Below are positions 8,974 through 17,081 of a stretch of 31,667 bases of DNA, one piece after another. Below the pieces are notes generated by a model. It searched no databases and was not told where the DNA came from. It saw only the letters and a program-made list of their open reading frames with translations. The stretch lies in IMG/VR virus record IMGVR_UViG_3300012953_000118, positions 1-31,667 of that record; one strand, 5' to 3'. Position 1 is the first letter of the stretch. Each line of letters opens with the position of its first letter. Origin of the DNA: a virus (taxonomy: Duplodnaviria; Caudoviricetes). The translations under genes were made by a program, and so were the position numbers.

Positions 8974-9152
8974 TAAAATTAAGCAAGTGTTGTGTAACTG
9001 TGAAGCCACAGCGGATTTTTCTTTTCATATTTAGTCCGTGTTTAGCACTTGCTTATAATTTAGAAAGGCGGTTAAGATGGATGAGTACAATGACTATCTA
9101 CTAAGCGTAGTAGATGTAATGATACAAAATAATATAAAGTTAAGGAGAAATA

Positions 9153-9506
9153 ATGCAAAGAAAAGTAAATCAAAGAATATTCGCAGTGTTAGCAATGTTA
9201 ACAATATGGATAACAGTTCACACATCAAAAATAGGTGACATACAACCAGATGTCAAAGTATTAAACAGAACTGTTAATTCTATGATGAATAGACTTATAG
9301 AATTAGAATCTAAACCTAGTGATACTACAGCTTTTTATAATTTATATGAAGAGCAATATAGGTTTATAGAAGGTTTTGAAAGTAGCTCAACTTTTAAAGA
9401 GACTTTCAGAAAAATGAGAGCAGAATATGGAGCAGGGTATATCTTCCATTGGAATGAAGGATTGTTTACAACATATTTTGCAGAAGAAGTTAACGTTAAT
9501 AAATAA
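9153..9506 (+). CDS. Membrane-anchored hypothetical protein
   Basis: RBS AAGGAG; N-terminal hydrophobic helix (IFAVLAMLTIWITV), short coiled coil, C-terminal TFKETFRKMRAEYGAGYIFHWNEGLFTT motif. Confidence 0.7.
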   Translation: MQRKVNQRIFAVLAMLTIWITVHTSKIGDIQPDVKVLNRTVNSMMNRLIELESKPSDTTAFYNLYEEQYRFIEGFESSSTFKETFRKMRAEYGAGYIFHWNEGLFTTYFAEEVNVNK

Positions 9507-9524
9507 AACAGAAAGGGGTTTAAA

Positions 9525-9728
9525 ATGACTATTAAGTTATTATTAAACGGTGAGTTCGTTTCACAAGACATATCATCTGAAACAGTAGGTGATTTAAGAA
9601 ATGAACTAAGCATTCCTAGTGATGCTAAGGTAATGGTTCAAGGCACAGTTAGAAATAACGACTATGAACTAACAGAGGGTGAAGTTGTTGCTTATGCAAG
9701 TAACAATAAAGTAGGCGGACAAGCGTAA
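9525..9728 (+). CDS. Ubiquitin-like (beta-grasp, ThiS/MoaD-like) protein with C-terminal GG-QA
   Basis: 67 aa; beta-grasp pattern (TVGDLRNELSI helix, VMVQG, YELTEGEVV) and di-glycine G64-G65 followed by two residues; RBS AAAGGGG; sits next to E2-like, JAB and E1 genes. Confidence 0.85.
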   Translation: MTIKLLLNGEFVSQDISSETVGDLRNELSIPSDAKVMVQGTVRNNDYELTEGEVVAYASNNKVGGQA

Positions 9729-9809
9729 TTATTACGCTTAATTAACTTTAAATGCGGTAGATATGCTTTTAGCTATTATAAACACATCTAGCGGGTCTAT
9801 CGCATTTAA
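9721..9809 (+). promoter_or_regulatory. Two tandem stem-loops between the Ubl and E2-like genes
   Basis: Palindrome AAGCGTAAT-T-ATTACGCTT (9721-9739) covers the Ubl stop; 15-bp stem TTAAATGCGGTAGAT (9748-9762) / GTCTATCGCATTTAA (9795-9809) with two G-U pairs. Confidence 0.65.
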
Positions 9810-9839
9810 TTAAAAAGAGATTAAATAAAGGAGAATATA

Positions 9840-11405
9840 ATGGCAGATAATACATTTACTTATTTTAATGGAGCAATTGATGTTAAAGCAAGTAATTTAA
9901 CAGAACTTGATAATATGAATCAAGAAGAAGTAAATATGTTAGCAACTGGACCTCAAGATTTATTCTATGAAAAATTAGAATATATTAATAGATGTTTACA
10001 ATCAGAAGGTCTTGATAATATAAATGTAACAAATAAATGGAACTGGAAACCAAAAACTTATGATAAAATAAAAGAGTTGTTATACAATAAACTTTATTTA
10101 CATAAAAAGACAAATGGTTTAGATAGGTTAGTAGATAGAACTAGAGACAGAATAAATTATCTTGGTTATATACAAAGAATGACACAAGATATGGAAATAG
10201 AAAGATATAAACTTAAAAGAATGGGCGTTTCTAAAGATGTTGATATTGAAGCTTTTAAAGAAAAAGTTAAAGTATTTATAAATACTATTATAAAACAATG
10301 TGAAACAGTTTATGAAGCAACAAATAAAAAAGTGTTAATAGTTCCTTATTTTGACAAAGTAACAAATAGGAATCCTCAATTGTATTACGATGTAAGTTTA
10401 GTAGATTTACAATTAAATGTGTTTGATGGCGATAAATCAATTCAAAAAATAGATTTAAATAGAATGCATATAATATTTAATGTTGAACTTAGAAGAAAGT
10501 TAGGATTAAATAATAGTAATTTTAATGCTAATGGCAGAATTGATTCAATGTTAAATCTTTTGCATCCATATATATCTGGTAGAGGTTCAGCATATGGTAG
10601 TGTATGTCTTGATAAATATCATGAAGATATAAACAAAGCACTTAAAAATGATGACCTTTTAAGTTTTGCATTTAATTTATTAGAATGGGCTCAATATTAC
10701 AATGTAAAATATTCAAATCCTTATAATCAACCTCATATGACTCATATAGGTATGCCTAAAGGATTTAGCAAAGAATATGTTGCGTGTCAATCTCAATCAT
10801 CAGTGTTATCATTTACACAAAGAAGATTAGAAAAATATGTTGATAATCTAGAGTTAAATGATGAAGATAGAGCTAGTTTTATTGTTCAATCATACGATGA
10901 TATTGAATGTCAATTTAGAAATAGTTCTACTCATTATAATAAAAATAAGAAAACAATAGATATTTTAAATTCAGATTGTGGTTTTAAACTAGAAGCTATA
11001 GTTTTAATGATAACAGAATATTATACTGATATTATTAATAATTTAGAAACAATATCTGAGTCTGATTTGAAAGCAATAAGTACAGAAATATCAAATAACT
11101 TTAAATATCTAGACATTCAATATTGGCGATTCTTTTATGATGGTGTATTCAATAAAGAAAAAATGAATGATTTTATTTTTAATAAAATGTATTATTATTT
11201 CTTTGACAAACAAGCTGGACAAGAATACAAGTTAACTAAAGAAATGCTTTCTTCTTTTTATTATACTGATGGTTTAATTAAATGGTTAAAAAATAAAGAA
11301 ATTATTGAAATAACCAATAAAGAATCAAATGATACAAAAGAAGAACTAACTAAAGACATAGAGGAATTAACTAAAATGTGGGCTCATAGCTCAGAAAGGA
11401 TATAA
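9840..11405 (+). CDS. Protein with a central E2/UBC-like (ubiquitin-conjugating) domain
   Basis: LHPYISGRGSAYGSVCLDKY (H242, P243, C256) mirrors the E2 signature HPNI...GxICLD, followed by helices and YN...NPY; gene context supports the call. Confidence 0.7.
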   Translation: MADNTFTYFNGAIDVKASNLTELDNMNQEEVNMLATGPQDLFYEKLEYINRCLQSEGLDNINVTNKWNWKPKTYDKIKELLYNKLYLHKKTNGLDRLVDRTRDRINYLGYIQRMTQDMEIERYKLKRMGVSKDVDIEAFKEKVKVFINTIIKQCETVYEATNKKVLIVPYFDKVTNRNPQLYYDVSLVDLQLNVFDGDKSIQKIDLNRMHIIFNVELRRKLGLNNSNFNANGRIDSMLNLLHPYISGRGSAYGSVCLDKYHEDINKALKNDDLLSFAFNLLEWAQYYNVKYSNPYNQPHMTHIGMPKGFSKEYVACQSQSSVLSFTQRRLEKYVDNLELNDEDRASFIVQSYDDIECQFRNSSTHYNKNKKTIDILNSDCGFKLEAIVLMITEYYTDIINNLETISESDLKAISTEISNNFKYLDIQYWRFFYDGVFNKEKMNDFIFNKMYYYFFDKQAGQEYKLTKEMLSSFYYTDGLIKWLKNKEIIEITNKESNDTKEELTKDIEELTKMWAHSSERI

Positions 11406-11406
11406 A

Positions 11407-12312
11407 ATGGAACTTAAGGATATGTTTTACATATTAGAAGATGACTGGTATAAATTACAAGCATGGGCTACAATAGCTTATGAAAAAGATAAGAATGAAA
11501 TATCAGGGTTAATGACAGCAGTACCACAAGAAGATGGTAGAATAAAAGTAAGTGATGTAGAAATTCTAAAGCAAGAAAATAGTGGGACAAATACAGAACT
11601 TAATGGTGATGCTGTTAGTGAATACATGATGAAGTATGGTATGAAGTATAATAACCCTAATATGAAGTTTGTATGGTGGCATTCACATCATACAATGGGA
11701 GCATTCTGGTCTGGAACAGATGAAAACGAGATTAAAGCTTGGAAAAATACAAGTTATTCTTTAGCGTTAGTTATTAATCTTAAAGAAGAATATCTGTTTA
11801 GAGTCAGCTTCTGGCAAAATAGCGGTTTACCTATTGAGCAGCACATAGATACTACTCTTACAATAGAAAGAGAAACACCAAAGATAAATATTACAAAAGC
11901 TATGAAAAAGCAATATGAAAAGCTTTGTGATAATAAAGTTGCTACATATAGTAGTGGTTGGCAACATTATCAACAGAATCTATGGAGTAAGAAACCTACC
12001 AAACATAAACACGAAGATAATTATAATTTATTATTAGAAGCTATAGAATCAATGCAAGATGATTATGTATCTGGGACTATAAAGTTTGGTGAGTTTAAGA
12101 AAAAAGTTGCTGATGTAAATAAAGAAGCTAAGAAAAGAAATGTTCCATTTAAAATGAGAACATTCAAAGAAACAGCTCATGAGGTATTAAATCTATTAAT
12201 GACTACAATGCCAGATGAACTTGTTGAGTTTGATGACAATAATCTTAAAAATGAGCTTGAAGGAATTGTAAATCCTTTCGAGCATAAATGGGGAGGTATG
12301 TATGGCTATTAA
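11407..12312 (+). CDS. JAB/MPN+ (JAMM) metalloprotease
   Basis: Intact motif E31...H92-S-H94-x7-S102-x2-D105 (NEISGL...WWHSHHTMGAFWSGTD), plus a C-terminal extension. Confidence 0.9.
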   Translation: MELKDMFYILEDDWYKLQAWATIAYEKDKNEISGLMTAVPQEDGRIKVSDVEILKQENSGTNTELNGDAVSEYMMKYGMKYNNPNMKFVWWHSHHTMGAFWSGTDENEIKAWKNTSYSLALVINLKEEYLFRVSFWQNSGLPIEQHIDTTLTIERETPKINITKAMKKQYEKLCDNKVATYSSGWQHYQQNLWSKKPTKHKHEDNYNLLLEAIESMQDDYVSGTIKFGEFKKKVADVNKEAKKRNVPFKMRTFKETAHEVLNLLMTTMPDELVEFDDNNLKNELEGIVNPFEHKWGGMYGY

Positions 12313-12967
12313 TATGCGTTCAAGAGGTCTTGTAGACAACTTAAATGAATTTAATTATCATATACTAGGTTGCGGTGCTATAGGTAGTGCCGCAGCTACC
12401 CAACTAGTTAGAATGGGTGCAGAAAACTTCTGTTTGTATGATAATGACAAAGTTGATACAGGTAATATAGGTGTTTCACAATATACATTGTATGATGTAG
12501 GTCATGCAAAAGTTGATATGTTAAAATCTAAAATATTAGATATTAATGATTCAGCTGAAGTAATGTGTGACAATAGATTGTTTGACAATTATATCTATAT
12601 GAATAGTAATGATATAATTATTCTAGGTTTTGATAGTATGAAATCTAGATTACAAGCAGTCAAAGCAATAATGGGGTGGCGTGAAAGTATGCCACTAGCT
12701 CTTATAGATGGTCGAATGGGAGCTGAGCATTATCAACAATATGTTATACTAAAGCCTACATTGGCAAAGTATAAAGAAATATGGTACAGCGATGATGAAG
12801 GTAGCGAAGAACCTTGTAATATGAAGGCGACAAGCTATTGTAGTAATATGTCAGGTAGTTTTATTGCTAATGCTGTAAGAAAGTTGATTACTGTTCAACC
12901 ATTTGAGGAGTTTTTATCATTTCATTTTCCAACAATGTGTATAGATAAAAATACCTTGGTTAGATAA
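12302..12967 (+). CDS. E1-like / ThiF-MoeB family adenylating enzyme
   Basis: GCGAIG nucleotide-binding loop, DNDKVDTGN, VGHAK, GFDSMKSR, candidate catalytic C172 (EEPC); RBS GGAGG. Confidence 0.92.
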   Translation: MAINMRSRGLVDNLNEFNYHILGCGAIGSAAATQLVRMGAENFCLYDNDKVDTGNIGVSQYTLYDVGHAKVDMLKSKILDINDSAEVMCDNRLFDNYIYMNSNDIIILGFDSMKSRLQAVKAIMGWRESMPLALIDGRMGAEHYQQYVILKPTLAKYKEIWYSDDEGSEEPCNMKATSYCSNMSGSFIANAVRKLITVQPFEEFLSFHFPTMCIDKNTLVR

Positions 12968-12984
12968 AATAAATGTTGTAATAT

Positions 12985-13022
12985 AATGGGCTGGCTGAAA
13001 TAATCTAAAGAGCCAGTCCATT
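12985..13022 (+). terminator. Stem-loop closing the Ubl cassette (terminator or processing site)
   Basis: AATGGGCTGGCT (12985-12996) / AGCCAGTCCATT (13011-13022), one G-U pair, followed by TCACTTT. Confidence 0.5.
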
Positions 13023-13046
13023 TCACTTTAAAATAGGAGAATAAAA

Positions 13047-13721
13047 ATGGCGTTAAAAAAAGTCAAAAGGAAAGCTGTCTCTCAGAATCCAAAAACAATG
13101 CTATTATATGGAGCACCAAAAGTAGGTAAAACTACTGCTTTAAGTCAATTAGATGATTGTTTAATAATTGATACAGAAGGTGGTGCAAATATGATAGATG
13201 GATATGTAGAAACAGTAAATAATAGAGAAGACCTAATAAAGTTATTAAAAGAGGCTAAAGAAGGCCACGAGTTTAAGTATGCTGCAATAGATACTATAGA
13301 CAAAATAGCTGTATGGGCAGAAAAAGCAGTATGTGAAGAAGAACAAGTATCAGCTGTACAAGACTTAGCATTTGGCAAAGGTTTTGCTATGGTTAGAGAA
13401 AAAGTTCTTAATACAGTAAACATACTAAAAGAGATATTTCCTCATGTGATAATAATCGGACATAGGAAATGGGCTAGAGCTGTTGTAGATAGTAAAGCTA
13501 TAGTTGAGCCAGAAAGCTTGGATTTAACAGGAAAGTTAAAGAACATGTTAATGGCAGATTGTGATGCTATAGGTTACGTTTACAGAGATGATGAAAAAGG
13601 TAAGTTAATGGTATCATTTCAAGCTAATGAAGCCTTAGAAGCAGGTAGTAGAAGTCCTCATTTGAGAGGCAAAGAGATAGAGTTAACATGGAATAATATA
13701 TACAAAAAGGAGAGTAAATAA
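13047..13721 (+). CDS. AAA_24-type P-loop ATPase, Sak4-like ssDNA annealing recombinase
   Basis: Walker A GAPKVGKT, IIDTEGG, Walker B AAIDT, GKGF, IIIGH and DAIGY motifs; followed by an SSB-like gene, as is usual for Sak4. Confidence 0.8.
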   Translation: MALKKVKRKAVSQNPKTMLLYGAPKVGKTTALSQLDDCLIIDTEGGANMIDGYVETVNNREDLIKLLKEAKEGHEFKYAAIDTIDKIAVWAEKAVCEEEQVSAVQDLAFGKGFAMVREKVLNTVNILKEIFPHVIIIGHRKWARAVVDSKAIVEPESLDLTGKLKNMLMADCDAIGYVYRDDEKGKLMVSFQANEALEAGSRSPHLRGKEIELTWNNIYKKESK

Positions 13722-14320
13722 TGGCGATATTTAAACCAGAGATGAAAAGCGGTAGTTATTCTAATTTCACAGGTATATGTGAATTTGGAATACTAGAATT
13801 CAAAAACAGGTCAGGTGAGTTTGATTGGGCTGATTTGTTTATTGAAGTATCAGTTAAACAAAAAGGAAGTGATTTTGACAGACCATTAGCTATTAAAGGT
13901 TCTTTCGACAAAGTAGGTGGAAAGATTACAGGTGGCAATGGTTTAACAAGACTGTATCATTTCTTTGACCAAATAGGTTGTGATGCTGGTATTAACGTAG
14001 ATGGTGGTTGGGAAACAGCTAATGGCGAAGAAATTAAAGATATAGAAAAATATCTTAATGATAACTTTGTTGTTGGTAACGGAACAGATACACCTGATTT
14101 AAATTACTTAGGTTATTTCTACAAAGAACAGCCTAAAGTTCCAGGTGGCAAAGCATATACTAGAGTTTTATCTAAAGTATACAAAAATGCTACAGAGAAC
14201 AAAGCTAAGTTAGAAGATGATGTTCAATGGATGAAATCTAAAGGATATTTAAAAGAGTTTGTAGAAGGTGATACTGCAAGTCAACCAACTATGGACCAGA
14301 GTGCTTTAGGTAATCTATAA
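13721..14320 (+). CDS. Probable single-stranded DNA-binding protein
   Basis: Located between the Sak4-like ATPase and primase-helicase; beta-rich and aromatic with a flexible C-terminal tail. Largely positional inference. Confidence 0.5.
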   Translation: MAIFKPEMKSGSYSNFTGICEFGILEFKNRSGEFDWADLFIEVSVKQKGSDFDRPLAIKGSFDKVGGKITGGNGLTRLYHFFDQIGCDAGINVDGGWETANGEEIKDIEKYLNDNFVVGNGTDTPDLNYLGYFYKEQPKVPGGKAYTRVLSKVYKNATENKAKLEDDVQWMKSKGYLKEFVEGDTASQPTMDQSALGNL

Positions 14321-16074
14321 TGTATGTCGAGATAGCTAAAGGTACTCCTGGCAATAGAGGATATTTAATCAATAAAAACGAACTTGGTAATTTTATTAAT
14401 GAAAATCCATTATACAGAAGTGTTTATCTATATGATGATGAAGCACTTAAGTATGTAGAAGATAATGGAACATTAAAAAATTACTTTGGAGTTAGATATA
14501 TTGATAAAATACCTATTGATATTGACAAGAGTGGTAACTCAGATGAGAAAACTTTAGATGTCTTGAGAGGTGTTATTCTAGAGCTGGAGGATGCAGACAT
14601 TACGGAAGATAGTTTTCAATGTTTCTTCTCTGGCTCTGGTTATCACATTGATTTAGCTGGTAAGTTATTTAACTTTAAATCGGGTGTTGATTTGCCTTAT
14701 ATGGTCAAACAAACACTTAAAAGTTTAATACCTGATTTAGATTCATCCATATATATGCGAACTGGTATTTACAGAGTTCAGCATACTATTAACCAAAAAA
14801 CAAATCTATATAAAATACCTTTGTATAGAGATGAGGTTATGAATCTAGATGCAGCTGACATACTGGAGTTAGCTAAAGTTAATCGTAAAGATTATAATTA
14901 CTTAGGATTACAAGGTGACGGAGAGTTAGAGCATACTGTAAAAGAAGAAGTTCCTGATGTGCAAGTATTTAATAAAATATCGGAACCAAATAAAATAGTA
15001 CCTTGTGTACAATCAATGTTAAATCAAGGAGCAAAGCAAGGAAACAGACACATAACAGCACTAAGAATAGTAAGTCATTTTAAAAGACACGGCATTCCTA
15101 GTCATTATGCTAAAGTTATGATGCTTCATTGGAATAACAAAAGTATGCCAGAAAAAGAAATAATGGAAATGGTAGAGAATGTATATAACAGAAACTATAA
15201 GTATGGTTGTCAAGATTCTGTTATGGTAGAACATTGTAAAACACAATGCATATTCTTTAACAAAAAAGACTATATGATAGATGTCAAATCATCAAATGAT
15301 ATGCAAAGCGAGCTTCACGAAAGATTAAACACTGATTTTAGCGGTAAAACTATAGACCTAGGTAGGGCTTTAGGAATAGAAAAAGAATCAGTTATATATC
15401 CAGGTGAATTAGTAACTATATTTGGACCAACAGGGTCTAATAAGACTACTTTTGCTCAAAATTTAGCACTTGGTGTAGACTTTGTTAATGATAGAATTGT
15501 TAAAGATTGGCAAATACCAACATTATTCTTGAGTTTAGAACTTTCATCTTGGTATATGCATAGAAGACACTTACAAATAGTGTCAGGAGTTAGTAAAAAA
15601 GAAGCTAACGACAATTATGCAGAGTTATATAAGAAACACGAAGATGAAATGTCACACTTAATGGTTCAAACTGTTTCACCTACTTTAGATAAAATAGGCG
15701 AAAAAGTTAGAGAATTAGAACCTTCATTAGTAATCGTAGATTATATTGATTTAGTAGATACGCCTCATAATGTTAGAGGTGAATACGAAAAAATTAAATA
15801 TATATCTCACGGACTGTCTAGCATGGCAGTAAATAATGACATGATAGTTATCCAAGTATCTCAAGTAAGCAGAGAATATAGTCGAAACGAAGTGCTTGAC
15901 CTATATGCAGGTAAAGGTTCAGGTGCAATAGAAAATGCGTCTAGAAAAGTGATTGGTCTTAATGGTCAATCAAATTCAGCTACTAGAGCAGTTAAGTTAT
16001 TTAAAAACACTGATGGAGAGTTATTCGATACTGAAGTCGAATGGACACCATCGTTTAGATTAAGGAGAGTATAA
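14320..16074 (+). CDS. Primase-helicase fusion (AEP/PrimPol domain, Cys-rich middle domain, SF4/DnaB-like helicase)
   Basis: AEP motifs IDID and FSGSGYH; PC...YGC...HCKTQC; helicase motifs GPTGSNKTT, FLSLE, IVDYID, VSQVSRE, KGSGAIEN. Confidence 0.85.
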   Translation: MYVEIAKGTPGNRGYLINKNELGNFINENPLYRSVYLYDDEALKYVEDNGTLKNYFGVRYIDKIPIDIDKSGNSDEKTLDVLRGVILELEDADITEDSFQCFFSGSGYHIDLAGKLFNFKSGVDLPYMVKQTLKSLIPDLDSSIYMRTGIYRVQHTINQKTNLYKIPLYRDEVMNLDAADILELAKVNRKDYNYLGLQGDGELEHTVKEEVPDVQVFNKISEPNKIVPCVQSMLNQGAKQGNRHITALRIVSHFKRHGIPSHYAKVMMLHWNNKSMPEKEIMEMVENVYNRNYKYGCQDSVMVEHCKTQCIFFNKKDYMIDVKSSNDMQSELHERLNTDFSGKTIDLGRALGIEKESVIYPGELVTIFGPTGSNKTTFAQNLALGVDFVNDRIVKDWQIPTLFLSLELSSWYMHRRHLQIVSGVSKKEANDNYAELYKKHEDEMSHLMVQTVSPTLDKIGEKVRELEPSLVIVDYIDLVDTPHNVRGEYEKIKYISHGLSSMAVNNDMIVIQVSQVSREYSRNEVLDLYAGKGSGAIENASRKVIGLNGQSNSATRAVKLFKNTDGELFDTEVEWTPSFRLRRV

Positions 16075-16283
16075 TGAGATGGTTAATAAATATAGCTTGG
16101 CTAGAGGATAGATTTGTCCTTATATTATTTACTATAATAAGATTCGGTATTTATAAGAGCAAAAGAGCTCATATAACTGAATTAAACTTGTTTGTTGGAT
16201 TATGGAAATTTGACATAAAAATAAGTTTAGGTAAATTAAAAGATGTAAGGATAAAAACTTATGGCGAAGTTGGAAGAGCATAG
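16074..16283 (+). CDS. Hypothetical hydrophobic 69-aa protein
   Basis: RBS AAGGAG, TAATG coupling to the helicase stop. Confidence 0.6.
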   Translation: MRWLINIAWLEDRFVLILFTIIRFGIYKSKRAHITELNLFVGLWKFDIKISLGKLKDVRIKTYGEVGRA

Positions 16284-16770
16284 TAATAAGAGGTACTACA
16301 AGCCAAAAAGGGGACGAAAGTCCCCTAACAGGCTTACTATCTGGGAACAAAAATTTAGTAAAAAGTTAAAAAGACATCACGGAACTTTTGCTAAAAGAAC
16401 TTTTCATAGATTAATGAAAAAATCATCTACGTTAAGGTCAACATTGAAAAGAAGGAGTAAAGAATATGAGGTCGAATTTAATATATCACTTGAAGAGGTT
16501 AGAGAACTTTTATATAGAGTTTATGGGAAAAAGTGTTGCTATTGTCATAGTAAACTGGTTGTTAGTAATATGGTATGTGACCATATCATGCCTCTCAGTT
16601 TGGGTGGTAATTCAACTCCTCCTAATTTACAGATGATATGCGGAAGATGTAATACTAGAAAAGGTCCATTAACAGATAGGAACTTTAGAAGATTATTAAA
16701 ATGGCTTGACAGACAACAAATAGAACTTAAAAAATATGTTCTTAGAAAAATGTCAAGTAGAGATTTTTAA
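16261..16770 (+). CDS. HNH endonuclease
   Basis: CCYC...CDHIMPLSLGG...NLQMICGRCNTRKG; basic N-terminus. Confidence 0.9.
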   Translation: MAKLEEHSNKRYYKPKRGRKSPNRLTIWEQKFSKKLKRHHGTFAKRTFHRLMKKSSTLRSTLKRRSKEYEVEFNISLEEVRELLYRVYGKKCCYCHSKLVVSNMVCDHIMPLSLGGNSTPPNLQMICGRCNTRKGPLTDRNFRRLLKWLDRQQIELKKYVLRKMSSRDF

Positions 16771-16773
16771 AAA

Positions 16774-16872
16774 TAAGGGATAAATGTCACGGTAGCGGTG
16801 TTCAGCTACAATAACGGTTATTTAACATATAGTTTAGAAAGCCTTTGTAATGTCAATTATATTTATCCCTTA
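16774..16872 (+). other. Structured intergenic RNA element
   Basis: 14-bp closing stem TAAGGGATAAATGT (16774-16787) / ATATTTATCCCTTA (16859-16872) with one G-U pair; inner hairpins GTAGC/GCTAC and AATAAC/GTTATT. Confidence 0.6.
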
Positions 16873-16889
16873 AAAATTAAGGAGGAATA

Positions 16890-17081
16890 ATGAAAAATAA
16901 TAATAATAAAAATTACAAAGGGTTTGTAAGGTCTACATCAAATATTATGACTACTACTAACAGTTATCAAGTTAGTCTTCCGCCTCATATATGGAAAAAA
17001 ATGAAGTGGAAATTAAATGAAAATATTAGAATAATAATAGACAAACAAAATAATTGTATAAAGCTATCTAAGGAGGAATAA
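16890..17081 (+). CDS. AbrB/MazE/SpoVT-like DNA-binding protein
   Basis: SYQVSLPPHIWKKMKWKLNENIRIII...IKL fits the swapped-hairpin pattern; RBS AAGGAGG. Confidence 0.65.
   Translation: MKNNNNKNYKGFVRSTSNIMTTTNSYQVSLPPHIWKKMKWKLNENIRIIIDKQNNCIKLSKEE

Noticed and set aside
8980-9055. tRNA gene
   Set aside because: Right length, but only two internal arms, no GTTCRA T-loop and no CCA end.
9077-9238. Possible 53-aa ORF (MDEYNDYLLSVVDVMIQ…) after AAAGGCGG
   Set aside because: More than half overlaps the better-supported 9153 gene. It cannot be excluded, but the evidence is too weak to list.
9525-12967. Reading the Ubl and ThiF genes as thiamine or molybdopterin biosynthesis auxiliary genes (thiS/thiF, moaD/moeB)
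   Set aside because: No ThiG, MoaE, sulfurtransferase or cysteine synthase is nearby, and an E2-like gene lies between them. Gene symbols are withheld.
12956-12987. Sigma70 promoter (TATAAT at 12982-12987) before the Sak4-like gene
   Set aside because: The nearest TTG hexamer is 20 nt away, there is no extended -10, and TATAAT is common by chance at this AT content.
16261-16770. HNH gene as an intron- or intein-borne homing element
   Set aside because: It is free-standing, interrupts no recognisable gene, and no group I intron core was seen.
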